NCBI GenBank assembly: GCA_965232005.1 | Contig: OZ246950.1 | Span: 4,294,311-4,326,310, forward strand | Origin: Longimicrobiales bacterium | GTDB lineage: Bacteria; Gemmatimonadota; Gemmatimonadetes; Longimicrobiales; Gaopeijiaceae | DNA: 32,000 bases | Direction: 5' to 3' | Shown: positions 24,848 to 32,000 of the stretch, piece after piece | Layout of the letters: every line of letters begins with the position of its first letter | Position numbering within the stretch: the first letter of the stretch is position 1 | Notes under the pieces: model-generated | Told to the model about the DNA's origin: nothing | What the model saw: the letters and a program-made list of their open reading frames with translations, nothing else | The model's database searches: none | Position numbers and translations under genes: made by a program

Positions 24848-25074
24848 TCTTCAGAGATCGATCGAGCCTGGGCCCGGCGCAGTGCGGGTTCCATTCCACT
24901 CGGCAAGTCCGAGTAGACGGAGTTCAGTCTGCAGGTGATGTGCTCGTCCTGGTGCTTGGCCACGTATTCGGCGAGGGCTGTCGCATAGAGTTCGCTGCGC
25001 GAGACCTTGAGCCGCTCCGCCAGCGAGTCGGCGGTGGCAAATAGTTCGTCCGGTAGTGAAATCGCTGTTTTCAT
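24841..25074 (-). CDS. Ribbon-helix-helix (CopG-like) antitoxin partner of MazF
   Basis: 77 aa from the ATG at 25074: MKTAISLPDELFATADSLAERLKVSRSELYATALAEYV is an RHH fold pattern. The longer form from 25134 is rejected because it would start inside the promoter-like AT-rich segment. Confidence 0.75.
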   Translation of the reverse strand: MKTAISLPDELFATADSLAERLKVSRSELYATALAEYVAKHQDEHITCRLNSVYSDLPSGMEPALRRAQARSISEEW

Positions 25075-25080
25075 ACTGTA

Positions 25081-25109
25081 GTTATAGTTTAGTATGACCG
25101 CTGAATCAA
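25081..25109 (-). promoter_or_regulatory. Sigma70-like promoter candidate for the mazEF-like operon (TTGATT - 17 nt - TATAAC)
   Basis: Minus strand: ttgatt cagcggtcatactaaac tataac tacagt ATG. This would give a very short or absent leader. A flanking inverted repeat CATACT...AGTATG (25072-25096) is a possible operator. Confidence 0.4.
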
Positions 25110-25166
25110 GTTCCGCGGGTCCTGGTTTGGACAACCGTGCTCAGCCGGCGGCCCGCAGGATTGACG

Positions 25167-25187
25167 CCGGTCGCTCGGGGCGACCGG
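25167..25187 (-). terminator. GC-rich hairpin immediately downstream of lysJ (8-bp stem, 5-nt loop), possible terminator
   Basis: ccggtcgc tcggg gcgaccgg, 10 nt after the lysJ stop codon (25197-25199). No U-tract follows on the minus strand, so the call is weak. Confidence 0.3.
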
Positions 25188-25196
25188 GACCGATGC

Positions 25197-26396
25197 TTAC
25201 CCCAACACCCCCACCAGCGCCTCCACCACCTCGTCGATGTGCTCCTCGGTGATCACCAGCGGCGGCAGCAGCCGGATGACCGTGGTGCCCGCCGGCAGCG
25301 TGAGCACGCCGGCGTCCGCGAGGGCGTCGATGTAGGGCCGGCAGCGCTCCTTCAGCTCGACGCCGATCATGAGGCCCAGTTGGCGCAAGGCGCGCACTCG
25401 CGCGGGAAGTCTCGGCTCGAATCGCTCCCGGAATCGTGCGCCCAGCCGTTCGGCGCGCGCCGCCAGTCCCTCTTCTTCCATGAACCGGATCGCGGCGAGC
25501 CCGGCCGCGCAGACGAGGGGGTTGCCGCCGAAGGTGGTGCCGTGTTTGCCGGGCGGCAGTTGGATGCCGTCGTTGGCAAGAACGGCACCCATGGGCACGC
25601 CTCCGGCGATCGCCTTGGCCAGGCAGAGCATGTCCGGGACGACTCCGTGGTGCTCGCAGGCGAACATTCTGCCGGTGCGGCAGAAGCCCGTCTGGATCTC
25701 GTCGAACACGAGCAGCGCGCCTGCGTCGTCGCACGCTTCGCGAGCCGCTTGCAGGAACTCGGCGGTGGCTGGCCGGACGCCTCCCTCGCCCTGCACCGGC
25801 TCGATGACGACGGCCGCGGTGTCCGGGCCTACGGCCTCGCGCAGCTTGGCGGGATTGTTGAACGGCACGAACGAGAAGCCCGGCACAAGCGGCTCGAAGG
25901 CTTCGCGGTACTGCTTCTTGTGGGTCGCGCTTAGGGCGCCGAGGGTGCGGCCGTGGAACCCGCGCATGGCGGAGACGACACCGGAGCGCCCGGTGGTCAG
26001 CCGCGCGAACTTGATCGCGGCCTCGATCGTCTCGGCTCCCGAGTTGCAGAAGAACCCGCGTGACAGCCCGGGCGGCGCGATCCCGGCGAGCTTCTCCAGC
26101 AGCCGGGCGCGCGCATCGTTGTAGAAGATGCCCGGACAGGCCACCAGCGTGCGCGCCTGCTCGGCCAGCGCCTCGGCCACGGCCTCGTTGGCGTGCCCGA
26201 TGTTCGCGACTCCGATCCCGGCCACGCAGTCGATGTAGCGGCGGCCCCCATCGTCCCAGACCACGGCTCCGCTGCCCTTCACCAGGGTGATGTCGCGCTT
26301 CGGAAATACCTCGAGCGCGTAACGGCGCTCGGTACGGTGTATCGGTCCGGCGTCCTGGGCGGTTCGGGCCCCGTGGGAGGGCTTCGGCATGGTCAT
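25197..26396 (-). CDS. lysJ: Class III PLP aminotransferase, [LysW]-aminoadipate semialdehyde / acetylornithine aminotransferase (LysJ/ArgD)
   Basis: 399 aa from the ATG at 26396 (MTMPKPSH...), whose ATGA overlaps the lysZ stop. Motifs [70 protein letters not shown] (PLP-lysine context). The longer 481-aa form is rejected. Confidence 0.9.
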   Translation of the reverse strand: MTMPKPSHGARTAQDAGPIHRTERRYALEVFPKRDITLVKGSGAVVWDDGGRRYIDCVAGIGVANIGHANEAVAEALAEQARTLVACPGIFYNDARARLLEKLAGIAPPGLSRGFFCNSGAETIEAAIKFARLTTGRSGVVSAMRGFHGRTLGALSATHKKQYREAFEPLVPGFSFVPFNNPAKLREAVGPDTAAVVIEPVQGEGGVRPATAEFLQAAREACDDAGALLVFDEIQTGFCRTGRMFACEHHGVVPDMLCLAKAIAGGVPMGAVLANDGIQLPPGKHGTTFGGNPLVCAAGLAAIRFMEEEGLAARAERLGARFRERFEPRLPARVRALRQLGLMIGVELKERCRPYIDALADAGVLTLPAGTTVIRLLPPLVITEEHIDEVVEALVGVLG

Positions 26397-27184
26397 GCGA
26401 TGACGGTGCCCTTTCCGGCCAGGGCATCCGAGATCGGGGTCTCGGTGCGCCCGTCGGCGATCAGCACCTTGGTCACTCCGGGCCGGACCATCCTGCAGAT
26501 CGACTTCATCTTCCGCATCATGCGGCTGCTTATCTGGTCTTCCCAGCGGGTCACCTGGTGCGGCGCGACGTGGTCGACCACCGTCGAGGGATCGTCCGGG
26601 TCCTCCAGCAACCCCGGCGCCTCGATCAGCTGGATCACCCAACTCGGGCGCAGCGCATGGGCGAGGAGGGTCACGATGTCGTCGTTCTCCGAGTTGATGG
26701 CGACGTTGCGCTCATCGATGACCGGGACGGTGATGACGGGGACGTACTCGTTCTCCAGGAGCAGCCCTAGCAGCTTGCGGTTCACTGCAACCGGCTTACC
26801 CGAGAGGTCGCGAATTATCCGCTTCTTGACCCCCTCTTGAACCCGGATGCCCTTGTTTCGCATTCCGCGCACCATTGCCCCGTCCAGCCCGGTCAGCCCG
26901 ATGGCGTTGACCCCGCTCTGTTGCAGCATTTCGACGAGGCGCTTGTTGCGCAGCCCCGCGTAGGCCATGAGCATCACGTCGACCATTTCCGTGTCCGAAT
27001 ACACGCTGGTGACCCCGGATACGGAAGTCAGAATGCGCTTCTCCACCCCGAGGCGCTCGGCCAGGGAGTCGCGCAGCGCGTTGGCCCCATGCACGATTAC
27101 GATCTGGTCTTCGAGTGCCTTGATGTCGCGCGCGACGCCGGCAAGGTTGATCGCCGCGCCTCCTCCAATCTTGATCAGCAGCAA
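26393..27184 (-). CDS. lysZ: Amino-acid kinase family, [LysW]-aminoadipate / acetylglutamate kinase (LysZ/ArgB)
   Basis: 263 aa. MLLIKIGGGAAINL...IVIVHGANALRD... fits the AAK fold pattern. It lies in the lysW cluster. Confidence 0.9.
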   Translation of the reverse strand: MLLIKIGGGAAINLAGVARDIKALEDQIVIVHGANALRDSLAERLGVEKRILTSVSGVTSVYSDTEMVDVMLMAYAGLRNKRLVEMLQQSGVNAIGLTGLDGAMVRGMRNKGIRVQEGVKKRIIRDLSGKPVAVNRKLLGLLLENEYVPVITVPVIDERNVAINSENDDIVTLLAHALRPSWVIQLIEAPGLLEDPDDPSTVVDHVAPHQVTRWEDQISSRMMRKMKSICRMVRPGVTKVLIADGRTETPISDALAGKGTVIA

Positions 27185-27223
27185 TGTTGGTGCCTCCCCA
27201 TTTCCGGCTGTGCGCCGGCTGTG

Positions 27224-27880
27224 TCAAAGAACGCCCGTCGACCCGTTTTCGACGGGAGTCCAGTCAATGCGCCCCATTGTGTCCGGGTAGGGTTTGGAAC
27301 AAAGGATGCGCGCGCCGTCAAAGTGTGCTGCATGCATCTGAAAGTAGCCGGGGTTCTCGCGGAAGCGGGAGGCGAAATGGACCCGGCACGCGGTGTCGGC
27401 AACGATGAGATTCATCGCGCGCATGTACCGCGTCCGCCGCTCGATCGCGTCGAGCCCTCGCTTCAGCGCATCTGCGAAATCCCCCCGGTCAAAGCGCTTC
27501 ACAAAGTTGAACACCTTCTCGGCCCCGATCCGCCCGCTCTCCTTGATGCGCACGCCGTGGAGTTCGCCGTTGAAGGCGAAGACGCGCTCACCATCGAAGA
27601 ACGGCATGTTGTTCTCCACACGGATCCCCTCGTCGCGAAACGCACTTCGGGCGTGGGCCAGAAGCAGCGTCGCGCGGCCGGTTGGTCTGGCTGTGTCGTC
27701 CCAGATCGGCGAAATATCGTGATGGAACCGCCATCCATACTGTTCGCTACCTTCCAGCCACGCGCAACCCCAGCCGTGTCCCTGGTATTCCCGGCTGTCG
27801 CGCGAGATGCGGGCGAGAGCCGCCAGGTGCTCCTCGATCTCGAAGCCCTCGGCACTGCGCACGCAGAGGAGGCGGCACAT
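27224..27880 (-). CDS. Stand-alone class II (Ntn) glutamine amidotransferase-like protein (YafJ/EgtC-like)
   Basis: 218 aa. The N-terminal Met-Cys (MCRLL) fits an Ntn nucleophile. LLLAHARSAF...VENNMPFF and FAFNGELHG are class II GATase patterns. There is no fused synthase domain. Confidence 0.75.
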   Translation of the reverse strand: MCRLLCVRSAEGFEIEEHLAALARISRDSREYQGHGWGCAWLEGSEQYGWRFHHDISPIWDDTARPTGRATLLLAHARSAFRDEGIRVENNMPFFDGERVFAFNGELHGVRIKESGRIGAEKVFNFVKRFDRGDFADALKRGLDAIERRTRYMRAMNLIVADTACRVHFASRFRENPGYFQMHAAHFDGARILCSKPYPDTMGRIDWTPVENGSTGVL

Positions 27881-27898
27881 GTCCCCGCGCCCCCGCGA

Positions 27899-28927
27899 TC
27901 AGGCCGGATGGAGGCCCGGGAACTCCAGCCCGCGCCTCTCCGGGAGCCCGTGCATGATGTTGAACGCCTGCACCGCCTGCCCCGACGCGCCCTTCATCAG
28001 GTTGTCGATCGCGCTCAGCACGACCACCCGGTTCGCGTGGGGGTCGGCCTCGAACCCGATGTCGCAGTAGTTCGAGCCGGCGAGTAGCTTCGGGTCGGGG
28101 TAGCGGTGAATCCCTGTGCGCTCCTTGACGATGCGGACGAAGGGCTCGTGCGCGTATGCGCGCCGGTAGATCTTCCAGAGCGCCTTGTCGTCGAGGCCGA
28201 GGTCGCGCTTCACGAAGACGTGGCAGGTGGCGAGGATCCCCCGCACCATCTCGACGGCGGTTGCCGAAAAGTGGACGCGCCCCCCCAGCACGGCCTGGAT
28301 CTCGGCCGCGTGGCGGTGTCCGGTGGGCTTGTAGGATCGCATCGCTCCGCTCCGCTCGGGGTGGTGGCTGCCCTCGGTCGCCCGGTTCCCGGCCTCGCTC
28401 GACCCGACCTTCACCTCGATGACCGCCGACTGCACCATCCCCTGGAGGTAGAGGGGGCGGAGCGCGAGGATCGAGGCCGTCGCGTTGCAGCCCGCGCAAG
28501 ACACGAGGTTGGCGGTGCGAAGGGCGTCCCGGTTCAGCTCCGCGATTCCGTAGACGAAGCGGCCGAGCAATTCGGGGCGCGGGTGCGGGCGCCGGTAGAA
28601 GCGCTCGTAGTCGGCGGGGTCGTCGAGGCGGAAGTCGGCGCCGAGATCGACGACGCGCTCGGCAGCGGCGCGGAAGTCGTCGATGTGGATGGCCGACGCG
28701 CCGTGTGGGAGGCACGAGAAGAGGACATCGCAGCGTGAGAGCTCGGCCAGGGGCGTGAATCGAAGCCGCGTGAGGCCGCGCAGGTTGGGGTGGGTGCGGT
28801 GTACGAACTTGCCGGCCAAGCGCTCGGAGGTGACCTGGACAACCTCGGCGTCGGGATGCCCCAGGAGCAGGCGCAGGAGTTCACCGCCGGCGTAGCCCGA
28901 AGCGCCCGCGATGGCGACGGTGATCAT
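27899..28927 (-). CDS. lysY: [LysW]-aminoadipyl-phosphate / N-acetyl-gamma-glutamyl-phosphate reductase (LysY/ArgC)
   Basis: 342 aa. The MITVAIAGASGYAGGELLRLL Rossmann start, active-site Cys context LVSCAGCNATA, and the C-terminal SAIDNLMKGASGQAVQ are typical of ArgC/LysY. Confidence 0.9.
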   Translation of the reverse strand: MITVAIAGASGYAGGELLRLLLGHPDAEVVQVTSERLAGKFVHRTHPNLRGLTRLRFTPLAELSRCDVLFSCLPHGASAIHIDDFRAAAERVVDLGADFRLDDPADYERFYRRPHPRPELLGRFVYGIAELNRDALRTANLVSCAGCNATASILALRPLYLQGMVQSAVIEVKVGSSEAGNRATEGSHHPERSGAMRSYKPTGHRHAAEIQAVLGGRVHFSATAVEMVRGILATCHVFVKRDLGLDDKALWKIYRRAYAHEPFVRIVKERTGIHRYPDPKLLAGSNYCDIGFEADPHANRVVVLSAIDNLMKGASGQAVQAFNIMHGLPERRGLEFPGLHPA

Positions 28928-28976
28928 CGGGCGACCCCTGTGGCGGCGCGCGCCCCGTTCGACCGGGCCGGCGGGC

Positions 28977-29813
28977 TCACCGCGCTACCTCGGTCAGATA
29001 CGCCACGACCCGCTCCGGGATGTTCACCCCGGTGACGTCGATGCTGTTCTTGAACTCCATCGTGTAGTTGACCTCGTTGACGAGCAGCTCGCCCCCCGCT
29101 TCGAAGAGATCGACCGCAAGGACGCCGCCGCCGACCGCATCGGCCGCCCTCAGCGAGATGTCCGCGATCGCCGGGGTGACCGGGCAGTTCGTGGCGCGGC
29201 CTCCCCGGGCGGTGTTGGTGATCCAGTGCTCCGAAGTCCGATAGATCGCCGCGATACACTCCTCGCCCACCACGAATGCGCGGATGTCCCTGCCCTTCTT
29301 CTCCACATACTGCTGCACGAAGAAAATGGAATGGTGATAACTGCCCAGGATCGACTTGTGCTCGAGAATGGTCTCGGCCGCGTCGCGGTCGTTGATCTTG
29401 GACAGCAGACGTCCCCACGACCCGACCGCGGGCTTGAGCACGGCCGGATACCCGAGCTCCTCGATTGCCGTCAGCGCGGACTCGGGCGTGAAGGCGACCC
29501 GCACATCCGGCTGCGGCACCCCGCTCTCGCGCAGGGAAGCCGCGGTGAGGATCTTGTCGCCGCACCGGCGCGCCACCTCGTAGGTGTTCACGCAGCGGGT
29601 GCCCACCCCTTCGAACAGACGCAGCGCATGCATGGCGCGCGAGTGGTTGATCGACCGCTCGAGCACCACGTCGACCTGCGGCCGCGCGTCCAGATCGAAC
29701 ACGAGCCGGCGGTCGTCCAGAAAGACCAGCTCCACGTCGCCGCGCTTGCGCAACTCGGCAATGAGGAGCTTTTCGTCCTTCCGGATCAGTGAATGGAGGA
29801 AGCCGACCCTCAT
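28977..29813 (-). CDS. lysX: ATP-grasp ligase LysX (alpha-aminoadipate/glutamate--LysW ligase; RimK family)
   Basis: 278 aa. It closely parallels Thermus LysX as I remember it: [69 protein letters not shown]...[15 protein letters not shown]. Its start abuts the lysW stop. Confidence 0.92.
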   Translation of the reverse strand: MRVGFLHSLIRKDEKLLIAELRKRGDVELVFLDDRRLVFDLDARPQVDVVLERSINHSRAMHALRLFEGVGTRCVNTYEVARRCGDKILTAASLRESGVPQPDVRVAFTPESALTAIEELGYPAVLKPAVGSWGRLLSKINDRDAAETILEHKSILGSYHHSIFFVQQYVEKKGRDIRAFVVGEECIAAIYRTSEHWITNTARGGRATNCPVTPAIADISLRAADAVGGGVLAVDLFEAGGELLVNEVNYTMEFKNSIDVTGVNIPERVVAYLTEVAR

Positions 29814-29978
29814 TCACTCACCCCAATCCTCCTCCATCTCAGGTGCCTCGCCCAGTGTGATGGGATCCAGGGCGAGGATTTCAAGTTCGGTGCCGCACTC
29901 CTCGCACTCCAGGAGCTCTCCTTCGACGGGGTCGTCCGAAATGGTGACCTCCGCCTCGCAAACAGGACATTCTGACAT
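29814..29978 (-). CDS. lysW: Amino-group carrier protein LysW
   Basis: 54 aa: MSECPVCEAEVTISDDPVEGELLECEECGTELEILALDPITLGEAPEMEEDWGE. It has a CxxC...CxxC zinc ribbon and the diagnostic acidic C-terminus ending EDWGE. In the ORF track it appears only as the tail of a spurious 606-aa ORF. Confidence 0.9.
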   Translation of the reverse strand: MSECPVCEAEVTISDDPVEGELLECEECGTELEILALDPITLGEAPEMEEDWGE

Positions 29979-30058
29979 GGGTGACAGCCTCGCGCACGGT
30001 TGATACACGGTGTCGGAAAAGGGTAATCTACCGGATCGCGGGCGCGGGGGTAGTCGGG

Positions 30059-31972
30059 TCAGCCTTCCCCTTCCGCCAGCGACGACGTTGGAATCTCGCG
30101 CGCCTCGACCGGATGGCCGTCGCGTGAGACGACGTACGCTTCCATCGCACGATACGCCGGCAATCCCAGGGACTTGAGCATGTCGGCCGTCTCCCGGTTG
30201 CGGTCCACCACCCGCTCCCAGAACTCGCGCGGGTCCGCACCCGGGAACGGCGCCGAGTCCTTCTGCGACTCGTGCCGGAAGATGGCCTGGACCTTTCTGC
30301 GCATCTCCCCGTCCGAGAGCGGCACGAGCACCGTGGCCTCGCCCACGCCCCACTCCTGCCAGGCGCCGCGGTACAGCCACACCCAGGGCGGCTCGCCGCT
30401 GTAACGCACCAGGCCGCCCTCGACCGCTTCGAGGCACATCCGGTGGGTGCCGTGGGGATCGGAGAGGTCGCCGGCGGCGAAGACCATCGTGGGCCTGGTC
30501 TCTTCCAGCACCTCGGTGACGATGTCCACATCGAGTCGGGAAATCGGGTTCTTGCGCACCTTGCCCGTCCGGTAGAAGGGCAGGTCGAGGAAACGCGCGC
30601 AGTCGGCGGCCAGGCCGAGCGTCTCGATTCCCGCCGTCGCCTCGCTCTCGCGGATGATGCGCTTGAGGTTCTGGACGACGGCCGGATCGACATCGCCGGG
30701 CTCCTTGCGGGCGAGATCCTTCTCCACCGACGCCACCACCGCCTCGACCTGCTCCGGGTCCCCGAGGTCGACGACGCGGGCCGCGCGTCGCATGAAATCG
30801 AGGTAGCGGCGGACCTCGTGGTCGAAGACGGCGATGTTCCCCGACGTCTGGTACGCCACCGTGACGCGGTTGCCATTCTCGACGAGCTTGCGCAGCAGCC
30901 CCCCCATCGAGATCACGTCGTCGTCCGGGTGCGGCGAGAAGACCAGGATGTCCTGGCCGCGGGGCAGCCGGCTCTTCCCCCGGATCTTCGAGATGAGGAC
31001 GTTGAACACCTGTCCATTGAGGGGCTCGGCCGATCCATGCCGCGACACCAGCGAGGCCAGGTGATGCTCGCGGTAGTCGTCGGTGGCCAGGTGGAGGATG
31101 GGCTTCCCCGTCTGCAGGCTCAGCCAGATGACGGCCTCGGTCTCGCTCTGCGCGGTCCACTCCACCTCCTGCACCAGCCACGGCGTGCGGACGCGCGTGA
31201 GCTGCTCCGCCGCAGCCGGGTCCAGGTAGACCGTGGCGGCGGGGTGTTGCTGGAGGAAGGTGGCGGCCACGTCGGCGTGCACGCCCCCCTCCACCGCGCG
31301 CAGGACGATTTCGGCCTTGTGCTCGCCCGTGGCCAGCAGAATCACTTCGCGCGCCTCCAGGATGGTCGCGACCCCCATGGTGATCGCTTGCGGCGGCACG
31401 TTCTCCTCGCCGAAGAAGTCCGCCGAGGCGTCCGAGCGCGTCACCGTGTCGAGATAGATGCGCCGTGTACGCGAATCCCGCACCGAGCCCGGCTCGTTGA
31501 ATCCGATGTGCCCGCTGCGACCGATCCCCAGCAGTTGCAGGTCGATGCCGCCCGCATCGCGGATGCGGCGCTCGAAGTCGAGGCAGTGGGCTTCGACCTC
31601 GTCCTCCGGCAGGTCGCCCCTGGGGATGTGACATCGCTCCGGGGGGATGTTGATGTGGTCGAAGAGGTTCTCCCGCATGTAGCGGTGGTAGCTGTGAATG
31701 CTGCCGGGCCGCATGGGGAAGTACTCGTCGAGGTTGAAGGTCACCACGTTGGAGAAGTCGAGCCCCTCCTCGTGATGGAGGCGAATCAGTTCCCGATAGA
31801 CACCGACGGGTGTGGACCCGGTGGCGAGGCCCAGCACGGCGCTGCGCCCCTCGCTGGCGCGCTCCCGGATCAGGGCCGCGATCCGCCCCGCCACCTCGGC
31901 CGCGATGCTGTCGTGGTCCGGCATGACGCGCACGGGGATCCGTTCGCGCCTCGCCGAGATGGATTCGTCCAT
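30059..31972 (-). CDS. nagB: Long-form glucosamine-6-phosphate deaminase (NagB) fused to a C-terminal LmbE/PIG-L-like deacetylase domain
   Basis: 637 aa. The N-terminus GLATGSTPVGVYRELI...VVTFNLDEYFPM...LGIGRSGHIGFNEPGS is NagB. The C-terminal half has VFSPHPDDDVISMGG (PIG-L/LmbE motif) and HRMC. Confidence 0.9.
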   Translation of the reverse strand: MDESISARRERIPVRVMPDHDSIAAEVAGRIAALIRERASEGRSAVLGLATGSTPVGVYRELIRLHHEEGLDFSNVVTFNLDEYFPMRPGSIHSYHRYMRENLFDHINIPPERCHIPRGDLPEDEVEAHCLDFERRIRDAGGIDLQLLGIGRSGHIGFNEPGSVRDSRTRRIYLDTVTRSDASADFFGEENVPPQAITMGVATILEAREVILLATGEHKAEIVLRAVEGGVHADVAATFLQQHPAATVYLDPAAAEQLTRVRTPWLVQEVEWTAQSETEAVIWLSLQTGKPILHLATDDYREHHLASLVSRHGSAEPLNGQVFNVLISKIRGKSRLPRGQDILVFSPHPDDDVISMGGLLRKLVENGNRVTVAYQTSGNIAVFDHEVRRYLDFMRRAARVVDLGDPEQVEAVVASVEKDLARKEPGDVDPAVVQNLKRIIRESEATAGIETLGLAADCARFLDLPFYRTGKVRKNPISRLDVDIVTEVLEETRPTMVFAAGDLSDPHGTHRMCLEAVEGGLVRYSGEPPWVWLYRGAWQEWGVGEATVLVPLSDGEMRRKVQAIFRHESQKDSAPFPGADPREFWERVVDRNRETADMLKSLGLPAYRAMEAYVVSRDGHPVEAREIPTSSLAEGEG

Positions 31973-32000
31973 GGCTCGTTACACCTCTTCAGTGCGGGCC

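Noticed and set aside
25197-26642. 481-aa form of the aminotransferase; likewise the long forms of hipB (to 7605) and of the MazF antitoxin (to 25134).
   Set aside because: The extensions overlap upstream genes or promoter-like AT-rich DNA and have shadow-frame composition. The internal starts give canonical lengths, an ATGA coupling (lysZ/lysJ) or a good Shine-Dalgarno sequence (hipB).
29814-31634. 606-aa minus-strand ORF spanning the nagB region.
   Set aside because: Only its last 54 codons (29814-29978) are meaningful; they encode LysW. The rest is an Arg/Gly/Pro-rich out-of-frame shadow of nagB (30059-31972), which has unmistakable NagB and LmbE motifs.
30059-31972. NagB-LmbE fusion as a novel architecture.
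   Set aside because: To my knowledge, long-form (~640 aa) glucosamine-6-phosphate deaminases with a C-terminal PIG-L/LmbE-like domain are a known and widespread architecture. This is ordinary.

Overview
Gene-dense, visibly GC-rich bacterial segment (third codon positions are dominated by G/C), so nearly every real gene carries long antisense shadow ORFs. I recognised no rRNA, tRNA or CRISPR array. All calls come from reading the supplied translations and DNA by eye; no searches were run. Contents, left to right: (1) A likely operon running in from the left edge: the tail of an unknown gene, a 500-aa coiled-coil/TM protein of unknown function, and a secreted amidase-signature amidase. (2) An accessory patch with an Rpn/YhgA-like nuclease, a truncated and frameshifted pRiA4-ORF3-like remnant, a wHTH gene fragment, a striking array of degenerate 10-bp phased repeats rich in GAATC, a DUF1971 gene and a hipBA toxin-antitoxin module. 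(3) An orphan RND efflux permease convergent with a KshA/Neverland-type Rieske oxygenase, followed by vapBC. (4) Two tandem paralogous beta-propeller lipoproteins and two tandem paralogous small membrane proteins. (5) The most interesting part: a same-strand four-gene block of a GDE-like six-hairpin glycosidase, a GPP34(GOLPH3)-cytochrome P450 fusion, a sterol C-24 methyltransferase (ERG6/SMT)-like enzyme coupled to the P450, and a GH63-like glycosidase. No squalene epoxidase or oxidosqualene cyclase is visible in the window. (6) A mazEF-like module. (7) A LysW carrier-protein amino-acid biosynthesis operon (lysW-lysX-lysY-[stand-alone class II glutamine amidotransferase]-lysZ-lysJ). (8) A NagB-LmbE fusion gene.
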